A DNA stretch of 64,000 nt from Pseudomonadota bacterium (GCA_039033475.1 JBCCCO010000005.1:2106-66105); one strand, 5' to 3'. Counted from the stretch's first letter, positions 52,190-60,943 are shown. Notes: a model not told the origin generated them from the letters alone. Made by a program: numbers and translations.

Positions 52190-52358
52190 GCTTTTGCAAG
52201 GTTCGCACGAATGATTTCCAGGGGATACCACGTTTAAATGAATTCATTTGATATGCCCTGAGTTTTTATGGGTGAAAAGTTTTCCGTTGTTTAAGTGAAT
52301 TTACTCGAAAATGGATTACTCTAGTTTCTTTTTCTTAAGTTACGATGTGTGTTGAAAA

Positions 52359-53234
52359 ATGAAGAAGTTTTTATCTGCTTTGATTACTCAAAATGAGATT
52401 GTGTGGGTCTATTTCCTTTGTTTAGTGCTCTTAGGTTATGCTTTGGGTCCTGCCTCGTTATCAGCAAACCAATTCCCTGTAGCGGTTGTTCCAACAAAAC
52501 CAAACATAGTAAAAGTGCAAGAGGTTGGGACTTTTTCCGTAAAAGACGTCAAAGGATTTTCTGGTAATCCAGCACCTGTAATTATCAAGTTGCCGAATGA
52601 TCTTAAGCAGAGTGATATGAATAAGATATGGTTGCGTGTTATCGGTTTACCAAAAAATTTACGTTTTTCTGTAGGGTCATTAATAAGTGATATCTGGTTT
52701 ATTCCGGTTCATAAAATTTCCGATCTGTCTTTGATCTCTCCTCCGGGTTATTCTGGAAATTTTTCATTATCTTTTTTTCTTATGAAAAGAGATACGGGGG
52801 TGGTGATTATTTTGAGTAAAAAGAATGTTGGTGTCGATTTACAAACTGCCGTCTCTTCACTTCCTTCGGAGTTGGCTAATGATGCAACTACATCAGGCAA
52901 TAATTCTGCTAATGTGAGTGGAGAAATTAAGCTTGATGAAACTCTTCCCAAATTAACATCGCAAGAAGAAACGGTCCTTTTAAAGCGTGCTTCGGAGCTT
53001 GTGGCGCTTGGCACATATGCTCCGGCACGCCTCATATACGAAGAGCTTGCAAAACGAGGAAGTTCAAAAGGAGCATTTGAGTTGGCAAAGCTTTATGATC
53101 CTATCTTTATACGTGATGCCCCAGCTTCAGGGATGAAACCCGATATAGAAAAGGCCAGAAAATGGTATTCTCAGTCCTCGAAACTTGGTAATCAAGATGC
53201 TTTGTTGAGATTGTACCAGCTCCAAAACTGGTAA
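52359..53234 (+). CDS. Secreted protein: unknown N-terminal domain plus a C-terminal Sel1-like repeat (paralog A)
   Basis: The ORF is 291 aa. It shares WLRVIGLPK.LRFS.GS and FFLM..D blocks and a C-terminal AFEL.K.YDP...A..WY block with the ORF at 53294-54229. Confidence 0.65.
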   Translation: MKKFLSALITQNEIVWVYFLCLVLLGYALGPASLSANQFPVAVVPTKPNIVKVQEVGTFSVKDVKGFSGNPAPVIIKLPNDLKQSDMNKIWLRVIGLPKNLRFSVGSLISDIWFIPVHKISDLSLISPPGYSGNFSLSFFLMKRDTGVVIILSKKNVGVDLQTAVSSLPSELANDATTSGNNSANVSGEIKLDETLPKLTSQEETVLLKRASELVALGTYAPARLIYEELAKRGSSKGAFELAKLYDPIFIRDAPASGMKPDIEKARKWYSQSSKLGNQDALLRLYQLQNW

Positions 53235-53293
53235 AATCATCTTAATGTTTTACAGCTGATTTTTTTTACAGATAGCTAGAAAGTATTGTGGAA

Positions 53294-54229
53294 CTACCTT
53301 GTAATAGAGGTCGTTGATGTTTGTTTTTTGAAGTTTTCAAACAATATGTTTTTTTGAGTATATGTTAGTTTACTTACTTTGAACTTAAGAGTTTTTGACA
53401 AAACATCTAAAAAGATTTTGGGAGTTGGAGGAGGGTTTGAGCTAAAATGAGTGTTCAAATTCGTTAGTTGGATTGCTTTTTTATACCATTGTTTTGCGAG
53501 CTTTTCATTTGGTTTTAAACCTCGCAGTAAAAAGCGCTTTAAAAATCCTGGATCGTAGGTTTTTCCAAGTTCAAAGGCTGCTTGACCATGACCCTTAGCA
53601 GCAATTTTCTCATAAAGCAGGCGTGCTTTTGGGATATCACCTTGGTTTAAATATTCTTGCGCGCGTGACATGAGTTCTAAGTCTTCTTGCGACATTTGTT
53701 TTTTTGCAAATACGGTTGCTTGAGGTTCTTTATCTTTAAACTTTGGTGAAGGTCTGTCTTTATATGCAAGTATTTCTATTGCAGCTTTACGCTTTTTTAA
53801 AATTGAGACAATGGATTGATCTTCTTGCATGAGGAAAAATTCGATATTAAATTTGGATTGAAATTTTGAGGGAGATTTCAAAGTCAGATCTGATAAATCG
53901 CTTAACGACATAAACCAGACATCATTTATGCGAGACCCCTTAGAAAAACGTAAGTCTTTTGGTAAACCAATAACTCTAAGCCAAGTTTTTTTGTTTTTTG
54001 CGAAAGATGTATCTGGAAAAATGTCAACTTTAACGGGTGTCTCTTGGCCTGCTATACCTGTTATATTGTCAATGTTAAAAATAATGTCCTGATTGATTTT
54101 GTATGCGGGCGCGGGATAATTAATATCATTCAGCTTGCTGGCATGCGCTAGGCTTGATAAGAACGTCCCCGCAGTCATTATAAAAAATGTGCCCGTGATG
54201 ATCTTATGTGTAATTTTTTTTTGTTTCAC
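53294..54229 (-). CDS. Secreted protein: unknown N-terminal domain plus a C-terminal Sel1-like repeat (paralog B)
   Basis: The ORF is 311 aa with a signal peptide ending AHA. It uses a GTG start and has an A9 tract in codons 3-6. Confidence 0.65.
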   Translation of the reverse strand: MKQKKITHKIITGTFFIMTAGTFLSSLAHASKLNDINYPAPAYKINQDIIFNIDNITGIAGQETPVKVDIFPDTSFAKNKKTWLRVIGLPKDLRFSKGSRINDVWFMSLSDLSDLTLKSPSKFQSKFNIEFFLMQEDQSIVSILKKRKAAIEILAYKDRPSPKFKDKEPQATVFAKKQMSQEDLELMSRAQEYLNQGDIPKARLLYEKIAAKGHGQAAFELGKTYDPGFLKRFLLRGLKPNEKLAKQWYKKAIQLTNLNTHFSSNPPPTPKIFLDVLSKTLKFKVSKLTYTQKNILFENFKKQTSTTSITR

Positions 54230-54556
54230 GATGGAGAAAACCTTATTTAACAGGCCATTAATTCATTTTCCTAAAACTTTTTTTAAACGTAAGTTTTTAT
54301 ATCATAACAATTATCTAGATATAAATAATATTTTTAATGCTTTGCTAGCGCATTGGCTTTGCAGTGCATAAGACTTTTTTGTTTTTTTTGCAGAATATTA
54401 CATAATATCAAGGCGATGTTAATTTTGGAACTATGGTCTTATATAGGAAATTATATGATCCTCTAGGATGAGGAGATTTGGTTTTTAATATTTGTAGTGT
54501 GAAATTCTTTTTTGCCTGTGGATAATTGAAATGGGGTTTGTCGTTAGGAGAGATCA

Positions 54557-54633
<77 letters not shown>

Positions 54634-54635
54634 TA

Positions 54636-54781
54636 AAAATATAGTTATAAGTTCTACTTCTGCTGGCTGCAAACAATGCTTTTCTGTGCTTTCCGGTACT
54701 CATGTACCTCAAGTACATTCCGTTCCGGTTCTCGAAAAACATCATTTTCGCTGCGCATAAGCGAATTTATAACTATATTTT
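54636..54781. repeat. 146-bp imperfect palindrome with 15-bp perfect termini between tRNA-Arg and polA
   Basis: AAAATATAGTTATAA at 54636-54650 is the reverse complement of 54767-54781. The arms keep patchy complementarity (TTC, CCGG, ATGTAC) around the centre GTACCTCAAGTAC. Confidence 0.6.
54644..54672 (-). promoter_or_regulatory. Candidate sigma70-type promoter of tRNA-Arg
   Basis: On the minus strand the sequence reads TTGCAG, a 17-nt spacer, then TATAAC. The -10 element ends 10 nt upstream of the mature tRNA 5' end. Confidence 0.4.
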
Positions 54782-54860
54782 GCGTGACAAAGGTATCGAA
54801 TTTTGTCGTATACTGCAATCCTTGATTTCCTTTAAGGCAAAAACGGGCTATACCACAACA

Positions 54861-57764
54861 ATGTCAAAACCAAGCTCCCTGCCGATTACAGCAGACTCTC
54901 ATATTTATCTCATCGATGGCTCAGGCTATATTTTTAGGGCTTATCATGCTTTGCCGCCTTTAAGTCGGCCTTCAGATCAGATGCCGGTTGGTGCGGTGCA
55001 TGGGTTTTGCCAGATGTTATGGAAGTTGATGCAAGACACCAAAGAGGGGGATCAGCCTAGTCATCTGGCTGTGATTTTTGATGCGGCTCGTGAGAATTTC
55101 CGTAATGAGATTTATTCTGATTATAAAGCAAACCGACCACCGCCGCCTGAAGATTTAATTCCACAATTTTCTCTTATTCGTGATGCCACCAAAGCTTTTG
55201 GTATCCCCTGCATTGAGCAGGAGGGGTATGAAGCGGATGATTTGATTGCCACTTATGTGCAAGAGGCGGTTTCTCAAAGCGCTGAAGTTACGATTGTGTC
55301 TTCTGATAAAGACCTGATGCAGTTGATTGTGCCAGGGATTACCATGCTGGATACGATGAAAAATAACAGGCGCATTGCAAAAGAGCAGGTGATTGAGAAG
55401 TTTGGTGTTGGTCCAGAACATGTGGTTGATGTACAGGCTTTGGCTGGAGATTCGGTTGATAACATTCCTGGTGTTCCTGGGATTGGAGTGAAAACGGCGG
55501 CCCAATTAATTTCTGAGTTTGGTGATCTGGATACTTTACTGGATCAAGCGGATACCATTAAGCAAAAAAAGCGCCGGGAGAATTTGATCGAATTTTCTGA
55601 TAAAGCCCGGATGAGTAAGGAGCTCGTGAAACTTAAAAACGATGTGCCAGTGGAATGTGGCTTGGCTGAGTTTGCAGTGGTGCCGCCAGAGCCTGAGACT
55701 TTGTTAAATTTTTTGCGTGATATGGAGTTTAACAAATTAACAGCCCGCATTGCAGAGAATTTAGGGGTTGATGTGCCCAAAGCCAAAATAGTGCAGGCGC
55801 GCGCATCTGGTTTTCAGATGGCAGGGGGTGCGGCAGAGCTTTGCCCTGCGCTATTGGCTGCTGAACAGATGTCTCGCATTGCCTCGGTGGGGGTGGATCG
55901 CTCGCAATATGAAACTGTGTCTGATATTGAGGCGTTGCAAAATTGGGTTCATCAGGCGTACGCCCAAGGATACTTTGCGTTTGACACTGAGACAACGTCT
56001 CTTGATGCAATGCAAAGTGAGTTGGTTGGGGTGTCTTTAGCTTTGAGCCCCAATAAAGCGTGTTATGTGCCATTGTTACATCACGCAGATGGTGATTTGC
56101 TTGATTTGGATGCAGCTGCGCAAATTTCGCAAATTCCATTTGATCAGGCTATTGAGGTGCTAAAACCAATCTTGGAAGACGAGGCCGTTTTGAAAATTGG
56201 TCAGAATCTTAAATATGACTATTTGGTTCTAAAAAAGTATGATATTACGTTGAATGCAATTGATGATACGATGCTGCTGTCTTATGCGCTGGATGCTGGA
56301 CTTGGTGGTCATGGTATGGATGAGCTTGCGTTGCGTCATTTTGGCCATACTTGCATTGCGTTTAAGGAAGTTGCTGGAACGGGCAAATCTCAGGTAACAT
56401 TTGATAAAGTGCCTATTGATAAAGCTAGCAAATATGCTGCCGAAGATGCGGATGTTACTTTGCGGCTTTGGCAGATTTTAAAGCCAAGATTGTCTGGAGA
56501 CGGGCGAACAACGGTTTATGAAACATTGGATAGGCCTTTGTTGCCAATTTTAGCAGACATGGAAGCTATAGGTATTAAAGTTGACCCTAAAGTTCTTTCG
56601 AAGCTCTCGGAAAGATTTGCCAAACGCTTGCAGAGTTTGGAAACCGATATTCATAGACTGGCAGGAGAGGATTTTAATGTGGCGTCACCCAAACAGTTGG
56701 GTGAGATTTTGTTTGGTAAACTTGGGTTGCCGGGAGGTAAAAAAACAAAAACAGGGGCGTATGGTACGAGCGCGAGTGTGCTTGAAGATTTGAGTTTTCA
56801 TGAGGATCTTTCTGAGGAAATGAGAGATCTTATTTTAAAGATACTTGAGTGGAGGCAGCTGGCCAAATTAAAGAGCACTTATACGGATTCTTTGCAAAAC
56901 TTTGTTCATCCTCAGACTGGGCGTATTCACACCTCTTATGCTATGGCAGCGACAACAACAGGACGACTTGCTTCGACGGATCCGAATTTGCAGAATATAC
57001 CGATCCGAACCAAAGAGGGGCGGGAAATTCGTACTGCTTTTATCGCCGAACATGGCTGCCAATTGATTTCTGCGGATTACAGCCAAATTGAATTGCGGGT
57101 TTTGGCGCATATTGCTGATATTGCCGCGTTAAAGCAGGCATTTTCGGATGGCCTTGATATTCATGCGATGACAGCCTCTGAGATGTTTGGTGTGCCAATT
57201 GATGATATGGATCCAATGGTTCGGCGCCGGGCAAAAGCCATTAATTTTGGTATTATCTATGGTATTTCGGCTTTCGGTCTTGCCAATCAACTGGGTATTG
57301 CCCGCTCAGAGGCTGGGGATTATATCAAGATGTATTTTGAGCGCTTTCCTGGCATTAAAGATTATATGGAGGAAACCAAAAAGCTGGCGCATGAGCAGGG
57401 GTATGTGCAGACAATTTTTGGACGCACCATTCATTATCCGCAAATTAATACCAAAAATTCTCAGCAGCGTTCGTTTTTTGAGCGTGCTGCCATTAATGCA
57501 CCTATTCAGGGGGCTGCTGCTGATATTATTCGCCGGGCGATGATTCGTATGCCGCAAGCTTTAGAAGGGGCTGGCTTTAAGGCAACAAAAATGCTGTTGC
57601 AAGTGCACGATGAGTTGATTTTTGAAGCTGCGGACCATGAGGTTCACAGTGCCATACACGTTATTACTGAGACTATGGAGAATGCTTGTTTTCCTGCGGT
57701 TGCTTTTTCTGTTCCGCTTAAAGTTGATGCACAATCAGCTGGCAATTGGGATGAGGCGCATTAG
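54861..57764 (+). CDS. polA: DNA polymerase I
   Basis: The ORF is 967 aa from MSKPSS. It has a 5'-nuclease domain, a 3'-5' exo motif FDTETTSL and the polymerase motifs DYSQIELR and QVHDEL. The upstream 53 codons in the ORF track run through the palindrome. Confidence 0.96.
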   Translation: MSKPSSLPITADSHIYLIDGSGYIFRAYHALPPLSRPSDQMPVGAVHGFCQMLWKLMQDTKEGDQPSHLAVIFDAARENFRNEIYSDYKANRPPPPEDLIPQFSLIRDATKAFGIPCIEQEGYEADDLIATYVQEAVSQSAEVTIVSSDKDLMQLIVPGITMLDTMKNNRRIAKEQVIEKFGVGPEHVVDVQALAGDSVDNIPGVPGIGVKTAAQLISEFGDLDTLLDQADTIKQKKRRENLIEFSDKARMSKELVKLKNDVPVECGLAEFAVVPPEPETLLNFLRDMEFNKLTARIAENLGVDVPKAKIVQARASGFQMAGGAAELCPALLAAEQMSRIASVGVDRSQYETVSDIEALQNWVHQAYAQGYFAFDTETTSLDAMQSELVGVSLALSPNKACYVPLLHHADGDLLDLDAAAQISQIPFDQAIEVLKPILEDEAVLKIGQNLKYDYLVLKKYDITLNAIDDTMLLSYALDAGLGGHGMDELALRHFGHTCIAFKEVAGTGKSQVTFDKVPIDKASKYAAEDADVTLRLWQILKPRLSGDGRTTVYETLDRPLLPILADMEAIGIKVDPKVLSKLSERFAKRLQSLETDIHRLAGEDFNVASPKQLGEILFGKLGLPGGKKTKTGAYGTSASVLEDLSFHEDLSEEMRDLILKILEWRQLAKLKSTYTDSLQNFVHPQTGRIHTSYAMAATTTGRLASTDPNLQNIPIRTKEGREIRTAFIAEHGCQLISADYSQIELRVLAHIADIAALKQAFSDGLDIHAMTASEMFGVPIDDMDPMVRRRAKAINFGIIYGISAFGLANQLGIARSEAGDYIKMYFERFPGIKDYMEETKKLAHEQGYVQTIFGRTIHYPQINTKNSQQRSFFERAAINAPIQGAAADIIRRAMIRMPQALEGAGFKATKMLLQVHDELIFEAADHEVHSAIHVITETMENACFPAVAFSVPLKVDAQSAGNWDEAH

Positions 57765-57936
57765 TTTTGTGTATGGCTTAAAACAAAACTTAGCCAATAG
57801 ACGCGAGTGTTGAGGCTTTTATAAGCCAGCTTGAAAATATGGATTTTGTTATTCTTGAAAAACTTATTTCTACTTCTGTGGCATACATGAAGGAAATTTA
57901 TCCTGAATGGTCAGAAAAGGTAGATGGTTTTTAGAG

Positions 57937-58626
57937 TTATAAGTACTTATTGTAAGTTGATCTTTTAGGTATGTTTTCTTCTAGTCTTTTTGTTTCTTCA
58001 GGGAGAATAAGCAAACGATGTATTAACCCTTCAGCAGTGTCTAATATTATTGATAGTTCTTCATCAGAGGGACGCCAACCTCTATGAGCGGCTGCATTTC
58101 CGGCTTCAATAATAGGTTCTAGTATTTGAAGTTCATCAACTGATATTTTTCCATTATGTTTAAGTGCTTCCAACCCCTTTTTAAAACACCCTTTATCACC
58201 TACCATGATAAAAATTAAACGGTCGATTGCAGTTCTTGAACCAAATGTTGCTAGGTAGTTTGATTTCAAACTCAAAGCATTGTAAGTCTCGGTTAATATA
58301 TCAATTAATGTTCTATCTTCTAATTTTTTTAACCATAATGGAGTTTTGCGATAGGAGACTGGAGGATAAATTACTTCATCCCAATTTTGAACTTCAATGG
58401 TTTTTCCTGTTTTAGGACAATAATCAAGGTATACATCTTCTGACAAAAAGGTTTTCTTCGCTAGTGCATGATTTTCACATCCACAGCATTCAATAATTAA
58501 TAATCTTGTAATTAAGTAAATAGGATATTTTTTATCCTCTTCTGTCTTTGTATGCTCTCCACGTATGAAATGTTTTGTTACAGTTTTGCACTTATTACAA
58601 AAAAATTTCTCTTTTATTTCTTCCAC
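57937..58626 (-). CDS. Zn-ribbon plus DUF4145-like domain protein
   Basis: The ORF is 229 aa with an N-terminal CxxC...CxxC (CNKC / CCGC) and a C-terminal helical domain containing GNAAAH, as in DUF4145. The gene is visibly AT-rich and uses a GTG start. Confidence 0.55.
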   Translation of the reverse strand: MEEIKEKFFCNKCKTVTKHFIRGEHTKTEEDKKYPIYLITRLLIIECCGCENHALAKKTFLSEDVYLDYCPKTGKTIEVQNWDEVIYPPVSYRKTPLWLKKLEDRTLIDILTETYNALSLKSNYLATFGSRTAIDRLIFIMVGDKGCFKKGLEALKHNGKISVDELQILEPIIEAGNAAAHRGWRPSDEELSIILDTAEGLIHRLLILPEETKRLEENIPKRSTYNKYL

Positions 58627-58662
58627 AAGAATAAATTACCTACTATTATTGAATAGAAAAAG

Positions 58663-58977
58663 TTACTCAATATACCGAAAGCCTGTGCCATATGCGATCA
58701 CTTCAACGCCGCCATCAACAAGGCTGGGGTGGGAGAGGCGGACGGCGACAACGCCATCATATCCTAAGTCTTTTGCACGGCTATCTAATTTTCCTAAAGC
58801 GCGGCTAATGGCTTTTTCTGAAAGTTCTTCATATTTGTGCATTTGGCCGCCAAATGTGTTGGTGATTTTTTCGCGGACATCTTTGATAATATTGGCAGCT
58901 TCGACCGCGCAAACGGAGATGAGTTCGCCTTCTTCTATTTCGCGGTTCGAAAAACGTTCTGTGGTGTGTAGGGTCAT
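58663..58977 (-). CDS. ybjQ: YbjQ/UPF0145 family protein
   Basis: The ORF is 104 aa from MTLHTTERF, with the G..I..V.G....A..I....R and DG..A.R motifs. Its ATG overlaps the upstream stop (ATGA at 58974-58977). Confidence 0.8.
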   Translation of the reverse strand: MTLHTTERFSNREIEEGELISVCAVEAANIIKDVREKITNTFGGQMHKYEELSEKAISRALGKLDSRAKDLGYDGVVAVRLSHPSLVDGGVEVIAYGTGFRYIE

Positions 58978-60836
58978 GTTTTGTCTTTGGCTGATATGTC
59001 TTGGGGGACGTATTGTACAACAACGGGTTTGCGGCGACCAAATATTAGCCTGTATAGGCTTAAGCTCAAAAGGAGAAAGATAAAGCCCGAGATCATGACC
59101 GCGAAGGGTTGTTTGCTCCAAAGTAAAAATGGGTGAATTTCCCCTTGGAGTACCAGCCCGGCGTCATCTGGAAAATTTAAAAACTCTAGAGATGATGGTT
59201 CGCGCAAAATATAGGATATTGCTTTTTGTTGATTTGAGCTGGCTAAAATGCCGTTGCGGACTTCTGTTCTGTCAAGCAAGATTATTTTTTGTGGGTTGTT
59301 TTTTATTCCTGAAACCAGTTTGCGCGATATGTTTGGCTCTAGCGATGAGAGATAAAAAGCAAGAGATGATAACTGCTCTGGTGATAGCTGGTTAGAAAAG
59401 GTTTTGAAATCACTTTTAGATAAACCTAGCAGAGCATTACGTTTTTTGACTGAAAATCCAGAAATGGAAGTGATGGTTTTTGTGTCTTGTAAAGATAGCA
59501 ATTTTTGCAAGGCGCTTTGCGTAAAGGTGTCTGGCAGTGTGGTCTTATGGAGTTGCAATTGAACAACTTTGTCGATTTTGGTGTTTGCCAGTTCGTACCA
59601 GGAAAAGGCATCTTGCAGTGAGTTGTTATCAACGGCTAAATCGACTGCGGGTTCTGGTAATGTTACGATAGCACGCTTTAGAAGGCCTCTTTCTAGAGCT
59701 TGGTTGATACCGCTTTCACCAGATTTTTCAAATAACAAAGAGATGACTTTATTGGTTTTTCGGAGTCGCTCGATTTTGATTTTGTCATCTGTGCTGTCAA
59801 TGTCTTGTAAAAACTGGCGAAATTCTGGGTTGTTTTTTGTGAGGTCTACGGTTCTTTGATTTTGTTTTTTGAATTCAAGCCATAAATCTATAATCCCTCG
59901 TGAAATATCTGGGGGAACTGTTTTGAGAATTTTGTTTACTTCGACTTTTAATTCGCTGATCAGTTCTGTTTGGATGCGTGTTTTGGCTTCATCTGATTTC
60001 ATTTCCTTGGCGATGATTGGCAGTACGCCAAGGCGTAAATCCCACAGTTCTTTTGCAACCAAAATCCAGCCAATTATGCTAACAGCGGCTCCTACTGCTC
60101 TGGTGACAAGAGCACCGACAAGCCTGCGTCCCAATGCTTGAGAGAGACGGGTTAGTATTGTTTGGCGTAGGATGAGGAGAAGACCGCCTGTTAGACCAAC
60201 GGAAGATTCTTTGATGATGTCTGTGACAGATGTTTGTGATTGGGAGGCATCAGGATTAAACGTCATTTGGTTGCGCGTTTGGGTGGAGACCAGAGACGCT
60301 ATGGTTTGGCCGTATTGCGGGCCGATAAATTTTTGCACGCATTGTGATATGGGGTCAGCGGCTTTTAAGCTGAGAATATCGAGTTTTTTGCTAAGGGCAT
60401 TGCCAACATCTGTTGCGATGAGTTCGATGGTTTGTTCGAATTTTTCAGAGCCATAGACAGAGGTGGCAAGCTCTTGGGCCAGTTGTTCTCTTGCTTTTTG
60501 TGATGTTAGGGTTTGCACCAATTCGAGGATGGATTTATCCGCGCGCAGACGGTTCACTTCTAAGTCGACCAAATTATCAATTTTGGTGTTGATGCGGTTT
60601 TGCGTCCATGATGTATCAACGATAAATTTGTAATTTAAGTGCTGAACTGTGTCTTGCAGGACGTCTTGTAAAATGATTTCAAGTTGTTTGCGAAAGGCTT
60701 GTTCAGAGGAGACATTGCAACTTATTTCAGTTGCGGCCAATTGCGCGTGGGCTGGTTTATAGGTTTGCAAAAATGGTAGTATGCTTAAGCAAAATGAAAC
60801 CAGAAGCGCGATTAGTGGTTTGGTTGGTTTGGCCAT
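58974..60836 (-). CDS. Large membrane-anchored helical protein of unknown function
   Basis: The ORF is 620 aa. It has a signal peptide (..PAHA-Q), a central hydrophobic hairpin (GLTGGLLLIL...AVGAAVSIIGWILVA) and a C-terminal TM followed by a basic tail. I recognise no family. Confidence 0.6.
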   Translation of the reverse strand: MAKPTKPLIALLVSFCLSILPFLQTYKPAHAQLAATEISCNVSSEQAFRKQLEIILQDVLQDTVQHLNYKFIVDTSWTQNRINTKIDNLVDLEVNRLRADKSILELVQTLTSQKAREQLAQELATSVYGSEKFEQTIELIATDVGNALSKKLDILSLKAADPISQCVQKFIGPQYGQTIASLVSTQTRNQMTFNPDASQSQTSVTDIIKESSVGLTGGLLLILRQTILTRLSQALGRRLVGALVTRAVGAAVSIIGWILVAKELWDLRLGVLPIIAKEMKSDEAKTRIQTELISELKVEVNKILKTVPPDISRGIIDLWLEFKKQNQRTVDLTKNNPEFRQFLQDIDSTDDKIKIERLRKTNKVISLLFEKSGESGINQALERGLLKRAIVTLPEPAVDLAVDNNSLQDAFSWYELANTKIDKVVQLQLHKTTLPDTFTQSALQKLLSLQDTKTITSISGFSVKKRNALLGLSKSDFKTFSNQLSPEQLSSLAFYLSSLEPNISRKLVSGIKNNPQKIILLDRTEVRNGILASSNQQKAISYILREPSSLEFLNFPDDAGLVLQGEIHPFLLWSKQPFAVMISGFIFLLLSLSLYRLIFGRRKPVVVQYVPQDISAKDKT

Positions 60837-60943
60837 CACATTCTCTCATGACGAAGGTGTATTATGATATAATTCACATATTACGCTTTGTGTCTATATG
60901 TTAAGTGGGTGGTGTGGGGCTAACTTTTTTAGCTTAACTTATT

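Noticed and set aside
52243-52256. A perfect 14-bp palindrome, AAATGAATTCATTT, between the TAXI gene and Sel1-like paralog A, as a possible operator
   Set aside because: It is a single short AT-rich palindrome in AT-rich DNA with no second copy or known motif match. The evidence is insufficient.
54517-54525. A perfect consensus DnaA box, TGTGGATAA, near tRNA-Arg
   Set aside because: It is a single isolated 9-mer, and roughly half an occurrence is expected by chance in 64 kb on both strands. There is no cluster of boxes and no origin-type synteny here, so the hemE gap remains the better oriC candidate.
49833-54556. Calling the tRNA-Arg-adjacent block a bona fide integrative mobile element
   Set aside because: I could find no integrase, excisionase or transposase gene, and no direct repeat of the tRNA 3' end at the far boundary. 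I report it only as a compositionally atypical accessory block.
54702-54860. A 53-codon N-terminal extension of polA in the ORF track
   Set aside because: The extension runs through the intergenic palindrome and has no similarity to Pol I. The conserved 5'-nuclease domain begins right after MSKPSS at 54861.
57839-57934. A 31-codon ORF (MDFVILEKLISTSVAYMKEIYPEWSEKVDGF) convergent with the DUF4145 gene, as a possible small partner or antitoxin
   Set aside because: It is too short and has no Shine-Dalgarno sequence upstream of the ATG. The frame is open a further 15 codons upstream without a start, so it may be a remnant of a degraded gene. I cannot support it as a feature.
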